Below are positions 22,591 through 34,221 of a stretch of 64,000 nt of DNA, piece after piece. The stretch is from Leucoraja ocellata (Eukaryota). Made by a program: the position numbers and the translations under genes. How positions within the stretch are numbered: the stretch's first letter is position 1; each line of letters begins with the position of its first letter. The stretch lies in the NCBI GenBank assembly GCA_036785375.1, contig JAWMAR010000512.1, forward strand, positions 682,001 through 746,000, written 5' to 3'. A model generated the notes under the pieces. It was not told the DNA's origin. It saw only the letters and a program-made list of their open reading frames with translations, and searched no databases.

Positions 22591-22823
22591 AGAACACTGT
22601 TTACTAATCTCACCCTAGGCATGAACTAGGTAGGGCAAGCAAGGATGAGGATTCCCTTCACTTTGATAGTTTTGTTTAGGGTAAGGTGGAGAGGTTTACA
22701 GGCCATGTGATATTGACAGTGTTAATGTAACATAGATGGCAGGAATGATGCATTATCTCTGATAGCAGAGAAGATCTGTGCATTTACCTTTCTCCCTCAT
22801 GATGTGATACACCTCCATATGAT

Positions 22824-23032
22824 GTATAGGAAAGAACTACAAAGGCTGGTATAAACCAAAGATAGACACAAAAAGCTGGAGTAACTCAACGGGACAGGCA
22901 GCACGTCTGGGGAGAAGGAATGGGTGATGGTTCGGATCTGAAGAAGAGTCTCGACTTGAAACGTCACCCATTCCTTCTCTCCAGGGTGCTGCCTGTCCCA
23001 CTGAGTTGCTCCAGCTTTTTGTGTCTATCTTC
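22824..23032. mobile_element. Inverted pair of Penelope-like termini inserted in a CR1 fragment
   Basis: Arms GATAGACACAAAAAGCTGGAG and CTCCAGCTTTTTGTGTCTATC. Hammerhead core at 22938-22965. Confidence 0.88.
22938..22965 (+). ncRNA. Minimal hammerhead ribozyme core
   Basis: CUGAAGA-A-GAGUC(UC)GACUU-GAAAC-GUC. Stem II keeps pairing despite changes (G-C to A-U, and G-U). Confidence 0.65.
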
Positions 23033-23637
23033 ACCTCTATAAGAACACCACTCATCCTTCTGCGCTCCATGAAATAAAGTTCTAGCCTGTCCAACCTCTT
23101 CCCATAGCTCAGACAGGCACTATTATTGTAAATCCCTGCACCTTTTCCAGCAAAAATAATAATTCAAATTTTCCCATGCGATTTATAACATCCATCTGTG
23201 AAAGCAAACAAGTCCTTAGTTTAAAGATTCATTTACAAAATGAAACTCCAGCCTTGTGGCACTCCCAGTGCTACAAAGGGAATGACAGCAGAGATATTAG
23301 CCACAAGGCAACAAGTAGGGATTTGAATTGTTAATATTTGGAGAGTGAACTGAAGGAGCGACTAACAGTCACAGCTGATGTCTTGAACAAATTGATGCTT
23401 ACTCAGAATAATAAAATATGTACATTGGTTCAATTATGGGTCCACCATCGATTTTCCAGCACCCTTGTTTCCAGAGCCTTGCCGGATTATCCATCCCAAA
23501 TCATCAACCGTTCATCAAATGTCCCATGTTCATAAGGTCATAAGGTCATATGTGATAGGAACAGAATCATTTTTTTCACCTCCTGTTGAAGTTGATTGAT
23601 TGCTCCTTTCTGTTAGATTTGTCAATTGTACTGTAGT

Positions 23638-24185
23638 TCCGGAAGTGGCGGCGCTGGTAAATGGCTGCGGCTTGCCTGCAGTCCGTTTGTCTTTACTTTT
23701 TTATGTTGTTTTTGAGTGGGGGGTTGAAACGGGGCTTGCTGTCTCTCTCTTTGGGGGAATATGACTTTTTTGCCGTATCCCCCTTCTCTGCCTCTGACGA
23801 TCCGGCTCGGGGCTGGAACGGTGCTCCGGTGGCTGGGACGGCGTTCTGGCGGCGGTGACCTGAGTCCAGGGTTCGGCCGCGGGCCGGCGGCTGCGTCCGT
23901 TGGACTGGAGGGCGGCAGCTTCGACCACCCCGGGCCGCGGTGTTTGAGCCGGCCCGTTTGCGGGGTTCGGTGAGCCGCGGGACTGTTTGTACCATCGCCC
24001 AGTGGGGTATCGCCTCAGCGCAGAGGGAGAAGAGGAGGGAAGAGACTGCAGCCCTAAGATTTTTGCCTCCACCACAGTGAGGTGCTTGGAGGACTAACTG
24101 TGGTGGATGTTAATTTGTGTTTATTGTTGTTTATTATTGTATGTATGACTGCAGGCACGAAATTTCATTCAGACCATAAGGTTTT
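23638..24185 (+). mobile_element. GC-rich non-coding retroposon, related subfamily
   Basis: 5' CCGGAAGTGGCGGCGCTGGTAAATGGCTGC..CAGTCCGTTTG, the same layout as 21742 and 34222. 3' end GAAATTTCATTCAGACC. Confidence 0.65.
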
Positions 24186-24260
24186 GACCATAAGAATTTA
24201 ACATGAATATCCCCACACAGCAGAATATATGAATATATCATGATTAAATAATCAGAATGA

Positions 24261-25065
24261 AATGGCCTGTCCCACTTGGGCGACCTAATCCGCGAGTCCA
24301 GAAGAGTGCCTTCGACCTTCAAGCTCGAGGGCACTCGCCTGGAAAGCCTCGAGCTGGATCGACCGTCCGCATTGAAACCGCGAGCTGGATCGACCGATCG
24401 TACACCCATGTTGCGAAGGTGGGGGCCATGGACAGCGGAGGAGCACTGTCTGCATGATGAAGAGGAAGGTAAACGGCTGCCACAGAGTACCGTAAGTCCT
24501 TTAGAGAGCACGGGGAGAGGGGGGGGGGGGGGGGGGGGTGGGGGGTGAGGAGATAAAGAGAGAGAAAGAGAGAGAAGGGGAGAGAAAGACAGAGGAGGGG
24601 GACAGAAGAGGGAGAGAAGGGGAGGAGGATGGGAGAGAAGGGGGGGGAAGAGGAGTGGAGACACTTTTAAGGAGTTTAATAAAGTTTAGTGTGCATTTTA
24701 CCTAGATCTAGGTAGATCTTCCTAGGTCATGAAACTCCAATCAGCCAATCAAAATGGGCGGTCAGTGAAGGAGATGACCTACTGCTGCCCTCGACTGCTT
24801 GGAAGTAAATAGCGACCCCACTCCACTGCACTACGAGTGAAAAAGAACCATGCCGACCAAAATTTTACTCGCTGATAACTTTTCAATATGCTGAAAAAAT
24901 TTCCACAATCTAGCTGAGTAGGCGGGAACCCCCCCTCGAGCATGAAGGAGAGTTTCAGCCACCTCATATGACCTCCTAGGACCTCGTGTCAACCATGCTG
25001 CGAGTTTGAGTCCAGGGCAAACTCTTTAAAACTCGTAGATTAGGTCGCCAAGTGGGACAGCCCTT
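24261..25065. mobile_element. PIF/Harbinger-like non-autonomous element
   Basis: TIRs GGCCTGTCCCACTTGGGCGACCTAATCCGCGAGT and ACTCGTAGATTAGGTCGCCAAGTGGGACAGCCC. Flanks TGA/TAA. Internal purine tract 24510-24660. Confidence 0.8.
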
Positions 25066-25134
25066 TAAGGACCTGGTACTAACAATGGTGACCTTTCATT
25101 TTCACATGATAAATATGTAGCAGGCCAAGTTATA

Positions 25135-25470
25135 TAGACTTGGATAGAGTGGATGTGGTGAGGATGTTTCCACAAGTGGGAGAGGTTGGGAAACAAGGCC
25201 ATAGCCTCAGAATAAAAGGACATAAGTTTAGAAAGGAGAAGAGAAGGAATTTCTCATGAAAGTGAATCTGTGGAATTAATTGCCACAGAAGGCAGTGGAT
25301 GCCAAGTCAATGGATATTTTTGAGGTGGAAATTGACAGATTCTTGATTAATGTGGGTGTCAGGGGTTATGAGGTGAAGGCAGGAGAATGGGATTGATAGA
25401 TCACCCATGATTGAATGATGGAGTAGACTTGATGGCCCGAATGGCCTTATTGTACTCCAGAATCTTATAA
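25135..25470 (+). mobile_element. CR1 3' fragment
   Basis: GATAGAGTGGATGTGG..CATAGCCTCAGAATAAAAGGAC..GTGAATCTGTGGAAT. Confidence 0.88.
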
Positions 25471-25644
25471 TTAAGTAATCGCTTAAATGAAGACCTTACA
25501 CAACAATGGTGACCATCAACTGGCAGGTCTCTCATAAAAAACACATTGTGCTCACTAATTTCAATAAAATAATCCTATATTTAATTTCAGAATCAGTGCT
25601 GACTCTGAATTACCTTGAAATAACCCAGCAAATCATTCAGATTT

Positions 25645-25938
25645 TTAGACTTTACTTTAGACTTTAGAGAAACAGGCCTTTCAGACCATGGAGTCCACAC
25701 CGGCTAGCGATCACCCCACACACTAGCGCTATCCTACACATAGGGACAATTTACAATTTTTAACAAAGCCAATTAACCTACAAACCTGCACGTCTTTCGA
25801 GTGTGGGAGGAAACCAGAGCACCCGGAGAAAACCCATGTGGTCACAAGGAGAATGTGCAAACTCCGTACGGACAGCACTCTCAGTCCGGATCGAACCCAC
25901 GTCTCTGGCGCTGTAAGGCAGCAACTCTACCGCCGCGC
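25645..25938 (-). mobile_element. V-SINE
   Basis: GTGTGGGAGGAAACCAGAGCACCCGGAGAAAACCCA and GGATCGAACCC. Confidence 0.92.
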
Positions 25939-26014
25939 TACAATGCTACCCTATTGAACCATTATCATGAGAAAACACAATCAGAAGAAAGCTAGAGTAA
26001 CAACTTGACACATA

Positions 26015-26960
26015 GATTCATAGACTTATACAGCTATAAGCCTATCGGCACAACTACTCCATGCTGTCCAAGTTGTCCACCTGAGCTGTTCTCATTGGTC
26101 TGAATTTGGTCTATATCAGTCTCAATCTTTCCTATCCATGTACCTGTCTAAATGTCTTTGAAATGTTGAAATTGTACCTGCCTTAACCACTACCTCTGGC
26201 AGCTCGGTCTCTATACCAACCTCCTGATTTCGTGAAAAACTTGCCCTTCAGTGCCCCTTTTGAACCTTTCCCCTCTCAACTTAAATCTATGCTCTCTAGC
26301 TTTACACTCCCCTACCCTGGGAAAATGACTGTGACCATTCACCATTTCTACAACTCATGTGATTTTATATGCCTCTACAATATCAACCCTTATTCTCCTG
26401 TGCCCCCACGAAGAATGTCTATTCCTATTCAGCATCTGATTATAACTCAAGGCCTCCAGTCCCAGTAACTTTCCAGTGATCTTTTTTCTGCCTTCTTTCC
26501 AGCATAAGGGCACCCTTCCTTGGGATTTGTGACCAGAACTGCGCACAAAACTCCAAGTGTGTTCTCATCTGCACCTTGCACAGTTGTAACGTGATCTCCC
26601 GATTCCTGTACTCCAAACCGTGAATGGTGACGGCAAATATATCAAACACCTTCGTCACCATTCTGTGTACCTGGGTCAACACGTTGGGTGAAACTATCAA
26701 GCTGTGCCCCAAAGGTAGACACAAAATGCTGGAGTAACTCAGTGGGACAGGCAGCCTCTCTGGAGATAAGGAATGGGTGACGTATCGGGTCGAGGCCCTT
26801 CTTCAGACCCAAGCCGAAACATCATCCATTCCATTTTTCCAGAGATGCTGCCTGTCCCGCTGAGTTACTCCAGCTTTGTGTGTATACCTTTGGTATAAAT
26901 CAGTATCTGCAGTTCCTCCCTACACATATGTCCCTCTGCTCTTTAACATTTCCCATTGCC
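26015..26960 (-). mobile_element. Old CR1 fragment with a nested Penelope inverted pair (26713-26925)
   Basis: ORF 26440-26724 EYRNREITLQLCKVQMRTHLEFCAQFWS. Palindromic insert. Confidence 0.8.
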
Positions 26961-27850
26961 CTGCCAACTGGGTAAGTCCTGCCCTGGTTTAACTTCTGAA
27001 ATATAACACAGATAAAGGCAAATAATCTCCAGCCTCTGACTAATGGGAATGGTGCCCACATACCACTCAAGATACACGTTGACACTTGGAACGTCCTACT
27101 CGACAGCATTCCAGGAGCACTTCACTAGAAGGAGGACCACAACTCTCAAGGGTAATTTGCAATGTTGATAGATCATGCTTTTGGCAGTAATGTCACATCT
27201 CATGAATGATTTACGAAAGTGGAATTTCATGAGAATGGCCTGGCAAACTCAGCAGCGGACTATCAAAAAATTAATGACTCACCGGATGACAGACTTTCTC
27301 ATAAATACGCATATCAAGGTAATGTAATTTTGTTCCAGTTTTAATGCTATTTTCCACCAGACTGAAATATACAGTATATTTCATAAACTCAGTCACCTCT
27401 TGTCCAATGAAGTAATATGTATCTGCTGGATACATAACCTCAGAATTAAAAGCTGCTATCCTATCTTGACATAGGTGGAATTTAAAATGAAATAATTTAG
27501 TGTATCTGGAATGAGAAGGAAACAAGCCCTACACATTGTAAGAAGGAAGCCACCAAATTATCATACAACCCTCTGGTTCATCTTAATCTGGTCTCTCTTA
27601 AAAGTGACTCCAGATTCCCCAATGTGGTTAACTTTTAGCTACCCTCTGACTTCACCTTCCTCTAGACTTTAAACTTTAGAGAAAAATTAGCTCAAGGAAT
27701 AGCTGATGATCAAACATTGGTGAATTCAATCAAAACTCAGTCCAAATGGCTGAAATGTGCCTGGTCAGAAAATGTAACGATTTCTCCTGTGAGCTTGACT
27801 GCTCTAAAAATACCTTCTGCCCATATCTTTCCATCTAGTTCTTACTACAC

Positions 27851-27940
27851 ATAATAATAATAATAATAATCATAATCATAATCATAATCATAATCATAAT
27901 CATAATAATAATAATAAGAAGTAATAATTAATTAATAATA
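27851..27940. repeat. Compound microsatellite (TAA)n(TCATAA)n
   Basis: Direct reading. Probably the tail of the adjacent minus-strand Rex-like element. Confidence 0.9.
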
Positions 27941-28257
27941 TCACATATGTGCAACGAGATTTGGTATGCAGCTTCCATCCGATGTCATAACTTAAATAAC
28001 TAATAAAATTTAGATTTAGATATCCCGAGAAACATGATTTATAAAAAGAACAGTAAAACGGTCTAAAGTGCTAATGTGTCTGTGCCGGGTCGATGTGCGA
28101 CGTGACCATCCGAGGGAGACCGTTCATAGGGGTGGGGGGCACTCAGCAGGGCCGGTTCAGAGCAGCTATAGCTCTGGGGATGAAGCTGTTCCTGAGGCTG
28201 GAGGTGCGCGCGTAAAAGGCCTTGTAATGTCTGCCGGAAGGTAGGAGTTCGAACAGT

Positions 28258-28749
28258 CCATATAACCATATAACCATATAACCATATAACAATTACAGCA
28301 CGGAAACAGGCCATCTCGACCCTTCTAGTCCGTGCCAAACACATAATCTCCCCTAGTCCCATATACCTGCGCTCAGACCATAACCCTCCATTCCCTTCCC
28401 ATCCATATAACTATCCAATTTATTTTTAAATGATAAAAATGAATCTGCCTCCACCACCTTCACTGGAAGCTCATTCCACACAGCTACCACTCTCTGAGTA
28501 AAGAAGTTCCCCCTCATGTTACCCCTAAACTTCAGTCCCTTAATTCTCATGTCATGTCCCCTTGTTTGAATCTTCCCTACTCTCAGTGGGAAAAGCTTTT
28601 CCACGTCAACTCTGTCTATCCCTCTCATCATTTTAAAAACCTCTATCAAGTCCCCCCTTAACCTTCTGCGCTCCAAAGAATAAAGCCCTAACTTGTTCAA
28701 CCTTTCTCTGTAACTTAGTTGCTGAAACCCAGGCAACATTCTAGTAAAT
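28258..28749 (-). mobile_element. Young CR1 3' fragment, same subfamily as 607-1045
   Basis: Open ORF 28353-28739 and (CCATATAA)n tail at 28258-28290. Confidence 0.95.
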
Positions 28750-28795
28750 CTAAGTTGTACTCAAGTCCATCTTGAGTACAACTTAGCAGAGGCTT

Positions 28796-28849
28796 GGGGT
28801 GGAAGATTGCAACCTTCAAGTGGTCCGCTCTGTTTCGACGAATTCAATC
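28796..28849 (+). ncRNA. Minimal HDV/CPEB3-like ribozyme, copy 2
   Basis: P1 GGGGUGG/CCGCUCU, P2 GAUUGCA/UUCAAUC (one mismatch), P3 ACC/GGU, L3 UUCAAGU, then GU-UUCGA, J4/2 CGAA. Confidence 0.7.
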
Positions 28850-28923
28850 AACCCGGCGGGCACAATCAAATAAGATTAAATAGAACAAGTTATCCCAAGG
28901 TGCAAGCCATATGCAAGAAGAAG
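28796..28923 (+). mobile_element. Short retroposon with HDV-like ribozyme head, copy 2
   Basis: Aligns to 11901-12043: CACAATCAAATAAGAT.AAATAGAA middle and GCCATATGCAAGAAGAAG end. Confidence 0.8.
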
Positions 28924-28937
28924 GGCAGTCACGGTGG

Positions 28938-29155
28938 CAGTCACAGTGGCACAGCGGTACAGCAGTCGAGTTTCTGCCTTACAGCAAAATGCAGCGCCAG
29001 AGACTCGGATTTGATCCTGACTACGGGTGCTGTCTGTATGGAGTTTGTACGTTCTCCCTATGATCTGCGTGGGTTTTCTCTGAGATCTTCAGTTTCCTCC
29101 CACACTCCAAAGACGCAAAGGTTTGTAGGTTAATTGGCTTGATAAAAATGTAAAA
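28938..29155 (+). mobile_element. V-SINE, 3' truncated
   Basis: A box TGGCACAGCGG, B-box-like GATTTGATCC, V-domain. Confidence 0.88.
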
Positions 29156-29227
29156 GTGTCCAAGTTGGCGATATGCAGACTACCCCATCACCTACCAATA
29201 GAGTGACTTTACAAATATTTGGATGCT

Positions 29228-29485
29228 TTAGACTTTGGACTTTAGAGATACAGCGAGGAAACAGGCCCTCCAGCCCACTGGATCCACGCCGACCAGGGAT
29301 CACACTGTACACTAGCACTATCCTACACACTAGGGACAAATACAATTTTACAAGCGCCAATTAATCTATAAACCCGTATGTCTTTGAAGTGTGGGAGTAA
29401 ACTGGAGCACCCGGATAACTCATGCAGTCACAGAACGTACAAATTGGCGCGGTAAGGCAGCAACTCTACCGCTGCACCGCTGCGC
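29228..29485 (-). mobile_element. V-SINE
   Basis: GGAAACAGGCCC tail and GTGTGGGAGTAAACTGGAGCACCCGG. Confidence 0.85.
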
Positions 29486-29604
29486 AGCCCCAGATGTTGT
29501 GATGAATTTTATTTTGTTTGAATTCATGCTTGAAATTCAAACATCTCCCTCTCTACCCGACTAATCACATGTTGCACACTTAATGATTACCTCAAGCAAT
29601 TTCC

Positions 29605-29898
29605 TTACAGATAAGGATAAAGGGGGAATCTTTTGGGACCGAGATGAGGAAAACTTTTTTCACACAGAGAGTGGTGAATCTCTGGAATTCTCTGCCGCAG
29701 AAGGTAGTTGAGGCCAGTTCATTGGCTATATTTAAGAGGGAGTTAGATATGGCCCTTGTGGCTAAAGGGACCAGGGGGTATGGAGAGAAGGCAGGAACGG
29801 GATGCTGAGTTGGATGATCAGCCATGATCATATTGAATGGCGGTGCAGGCTCGAAGGGCCGAATGGCCTACTCCTGCACCTATTTTCTATGTTTCTAT
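29605..29898 (+). mobile_element. CR1 3' fragment
   Basis: MRKTFFTQRVVNLWNSLPQK and UTR GGCTCGAAGGGCCGAATGGCCTACTCCTGCACC. Confidence 0.92.
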
Positions 29899-30413
29899 AA
29901 TGTTAATTTAGAGTAACCAAGGTCTACACTGTCACCTTTTATAAACACATGGTCTGCATGAGCCTGTGCTCGGCCGATGGGAATGGGCCATAATGCAATG
30001 AGTTATTAAAAATACATGAGACACGCTCACACAGGATGTGTCCCATTTCCTTGCAAATCATAGTTTGGATATCATTTTACCAGGCTGCTTTGTTCTATTT
30101 TCAGACTCTTAATTCTTAATTAATGATATGCTAATCTGTCTTAACATCATTTGTTTAGTATTAGCATTGTCATTAGATCTAATTATCAAGCATCAACTTC
30201 AAGGATGAAGCCTGATGTAAAATATTTATTTAATATTTCTGGAGTACCTATGGGGACATCTTCAGCCTTTTTCTTGAGCTATAATATTTGACGGTTTCTT
30301 GACACTTCCGTTACTTCCACAACCTTGGTCTTATTTCTGACCTTGAGTAGATCTTCATCAAGACTAAGGCAATCTATTCCCACCTATAAAATTCCCTCAC
30401 TCTATAAGGTGAA

Positions 30414-30870
30414 CAAGATGGCACTGACGACCACTGCCACGGCATACTGCTCCTTGCTGCTTTGTCTGTGTTTGTTCATTTGTGTCATCTATGGAAATTC
30501 CACAAAGATTACTTTCATGAGAGAGGAACTCATTAAGATCAGGCATTCGGTTTCCCCAAACTTTGTTCCGGATTATCTCGTTGCATTATTTGGACATACT
30601 TGTGGGCGGGGTTGCGGTTATGTCCAAGGCCGTGAGATGTAGGAGGACCCGGGGGAAGTGCTCTGGAACACTCATCGGACTCCGGCAACAAAGATCACGC
30701 ACACCGCTCCTGAGTATATTCCTTGCAAATCTACGTTCTCTCAACAACAAAGTGGACAAACTGTAACTCCAAACTGCCAAACAAACAAGGACTTCTGCGA
30801 GCAAAGCACCATCAAATTCCTTATATGTATACATACTTGACCAATAAATGTATTCTGATTCTGATTCTGT
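30414..30870 (+). mobile_element. Internally deleted Rex1/Babar-like LINE (5' end joined to 3' tail)
   Basis: Starts CAAGATGGC. Encodes RRTRGKCSGTLIGLRQQRSRTPLLSIFLANLRSLNNKVDKL (APE N-terminus), then jumps to the tail AAATTCCTT..ACTTGACCAATAAA (ATTCTG)n. Confidence 0.75.
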
Positions 30871-31164
30871 TTCTACCTTGATTTCCGTTCATTCATTGCC
30901 AAACCCTTATCCATGCCTTTGTTATTCTAACTGTTACTATCCAAGGCACACAAGGCTGGCAGCTCATGTAGTTCTCAGCATTGTAGTGCATCTGTTCCAC
31001 TGACAATATCCAACGTCAACAATGGGGTACAAGTGAATTGAACAGTACCCAAGCTTCTGGAAGGACTATCCAGGGCCGATAACAAAGGGGAATAATCTGT
31101 TCCTCCCTGTGCACTAATCCAGCAACCCTGTGTTCACTAGACTTTATTGTTTAGCTTTGTTTAT

Positions 31165-31214
31165 TTTAGTTTAGTTTAGTTTATTTTAGTTTAGTTTAGT
31201 TTAGTTTATTTTAG

Positions 31215-31245
<31 letters not shown>

Positions 31246-31610
31246 ATTATTATCAGGTGTACTGAGGTACAGTGAAAAGCTTTTGTTTGCACGCTATACA
31301 GTCAAAGGAACAACACACATGATTAAAATCAAGCCATCCACAGTGTATAGATAAAGCATAAAGGGTATGGTATGACATTTAGTGCAAGATGATGTCCAGT
31401 AAAGTCTGATTAAAGATAGTCCCAAGATCTCCAATGAGGTAGATGGGAGGTCAGGACCACACTCTAGCTGATGAGAGGACCGTTGAATTGTTTGATAACA
31501 GCTGGGAAGAAACTCTCACTGAATCTGGAGGTGTGCATTTTCAAACTTCTGTATTGCTTGCCTTATGGGAGAGGGGAGAAGATGGAATGACCGGGGTGAG
31601 ATTGGTTCTT
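31165..31610 (-). mobile_element. Rex1/L2-like 3' fragment with (TTTAG)n tail
   Basis: Microsatellite 31165-31245 followed by the shared UTR GAGGTACAGTGAAAAGC. Confidence 0.75.
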
Positions 31611-32020
31611 GGTTTAGCAGTAGCTTAGTTTAATATTTTACTTATTTTTATTTGTAAATATCTTTGCATCTTCACCCCTTCCCTTCACTGTAATTTATTT
31701 CTACTATCCCCCATATCTGTACTTCCCTAATATCTAGTACAAATGTATTCTCTTAACTCTAGACTCTTCACACATCCCAAACCTGGCTCATTGTTCACTT
31801 GCCAAATGTCCCTTTGAAATTCCTCCCTAAATCTTGCTGCCTTGCTGCCTTTCTGCCTTTCTTCCTTAATTAGGGAAAGCTTTAACGCTTACTCTATCAA
31901 GCAAACCTTTGGTCACCTCCACCAACTTCTCCTTCTGTGAAATGAGGCATCTCTTCATTGATAATGCCCTGTGAAGTGCCGAGATGATTTGCTTTGTAAA
32001 AAACTGCCATATAAACTTAT

Positions 32021-32224
32021 TGGAGAAACTCAGCGGGTGAGGCAGCATCTATGGAGAGAAGGAATAGGCAATGTTTCGGGTCAAGACCCTTCTTTCTGAA
32101 GAAGGGTCTTGACCCGAAACGTCGCCTATTCCTTCTCTCCATAGATGCTGCCTCACCCACTGAGTTACTCCAGCATTTTTGTCTACCTTCGATTTTTCCA
32201 GCATCTGCAGTTTTTTCTTAAACA
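32021..32224. mobile_element. Inverted pair of Penelope-like termini, with hammerhead core at 32096-32123
   Basis: CTGAAGAAGGGTCTTGACCCGAAACGTC on + and an inverted arm at 32021-32093. Confidence 0.88.
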
Positions 32225-32348
32225 TAGACATTGATATTGTTGTATTTATGGTCTATTTCAACCTATAAGTTCAACTAATCAGCCCACTTCAAGTCATCTT
32301 CTTTTTTTGGCTAAGACTGCGTTCTATCAGTATTAGTTTATTATTATA

Positions 32349-32388
32349 AACTGAACTGAACTGAACTGAACTGAACTGAACTGAACTA
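32349..32388. repeat. (AACTG)n microsatellite
   Basis: Direct reading. Confidence 0.95.
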
Positions 32389-32729
32389 ATCTCTTGTTAA
32401 ATTATTTTGTACCTGTTAGTATAGCACCATTCCTATATTTTCTTATGGTATTTTCTACAATGCTGAGAATTATATCCTGCACTCTGTATCTTCCCCTTTG
32501 CTCCACCTACTGTACTTGTGTTTGACGTGTTTGTATTTATGTACAGCATATGTGATCTGTTTGGATAGCATGCAAAACAAAGCTTTCACTGTTCCGCAGT
32601 ACACGTGACAATAATAAACCTAAACCTAAAATGCAATACTTATAACTTTTACTTCACGCCTTTCCACCACAGCAGAATGCTTGACCATATTATTCTGAAG
32701 GGTTGAAACAGATGTTGTGTTTAAAACAA

Positions 32730-32901
32730 AAAGACACAGAGTGCTGGAGTAACCCAGAGGGTCAAACAGCATCTCTGGAGAACATGGATAGTAACGTTTT
32801 AGGTTGGGACCCTTCTGCAGACTACAAGACACAAGATGTCATCTATCCATGTTCTCCAGGGATGCTTCTTGATCTGTTGAGTTACTCCAGCACTTTGTGT
32901 C
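32730..32901. mobile_element. Older inverted pair of Penelope-like termini
   Basis: GACACAGAGTGCTGGAGTAAC and GTTACTCCAGCACTTTGTGTC. Confidence 0.8.
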
Positions 32902-33882
32902 GTATTCTGAAGAATATTCATTTTGCAAATCAGAAATATATTTTTACCTTTCGCTTCATATCCTGTCATTTGTGAGTTGATGAAGCGACTATAGATTGGA
33001 TATCCATTTTTAAAATGGGATCAAAACGCTGCAGTTCACACTTTGAGACCAATTATGAGCTGTGAAGCCTTTCACTAAATCGAAAAAATATGTCTATACT
33101 CAGCCAATTGTCTACAGTATTTATTAAGCGTGATGATATAGGAATTGTGCTGACCTGCATGTGTGCACCATAAATGCAAGAAGGGAATGATGCACCAGGG
33201 CATTGTGAATTGTTTTAGAGGAATCTTTTGTAATGAACATTGTATGCTGGGAACAAAGTGTGTGTAAAGAATAACAGTGTAATCTTCTCCTCGTTAAATA
33301 GGTCAGAGATCTTTTACCTAGAGGCTAGACTGAATCATTGAAGACACTGCAGATTGTGCATAGCATACATTTAGAGCGTACAAAAGTGTTGCTGGCATCA
33401 ACTGCATCATCTCACCAGGACACATTAAAGGTAGCTGGCTCATCTAGCTCTTGAATGTTTTATGCCTTTAAAGCCACTGCCGGTCCTGAGAAAATCCAAT
33501 GATTTATTTTCAGTTGTCCAATTTGGCTGCAATGCGCACAAAATGTTAATATTTATTTTCTCTGCAGAGTGGATATTTACATGCAATATTAATAACAAAA
33601 ATCTTTTATATCTTCCTATTCCCTTTGTTTTTTTCTCAGGCAGCTTTTGCCTCTGAAATGTCTTGGGGGGTCTCGTAGTTGCGGTGAGTGTCTGCAAATG
33701 TTTCTAAAACATTCCAAACAGTTTGGTGAAAATTAGAATTCCCATCCATCCATTTTGAAGGAACATTACATTTCAGGGGAGGTACAAGCAGTTTGGGCTC
33801 CCTGGATGGGAATTGTTACTGAGTGCGATAGAAGGGGAATGAGTGATGAAACTGTCAAAATATCCAGTGAAGTGAAGTGAGT

Positions 33883-34192
33883 TTTAGTTTAGTTTAGAGA
33901 AACAGCGCGGAAACAGGCCCTTCGGCCCACCGGGTCTGCGCCGACTAGCGATCCCCGCACATTAACACTATCCTACACACACTAGGGACAGTCTTTACAT
34001 TTACCAAGCCAATTAACCTACACACCTGTACCTCTTTGGAGTGTGGGAGGAAACCGAAGATCTTGGAGAAAACCCACCCAGGTCACGGAGAGAATGTACA
34101 AACTCTGTACAGACAGCAACCGTAGTCGGGATCGAACCTAGGTCACCGGCACTCCATTCGCTGTAAGGCAGCAACTCTACCGCTGTGCCACG
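33883..34192 (-). mobile_element. V-SINE, near full length and young
   Basis: (TTTAG)n, tail, V-domain, GGGATCGAACC, CCGCTGTGCCA (A box, reverse). Confidence 0.93.
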
Positions 34193-34221
34193 GTTAGGAG
34201 AGGTACACCAGTAAAGGACAC

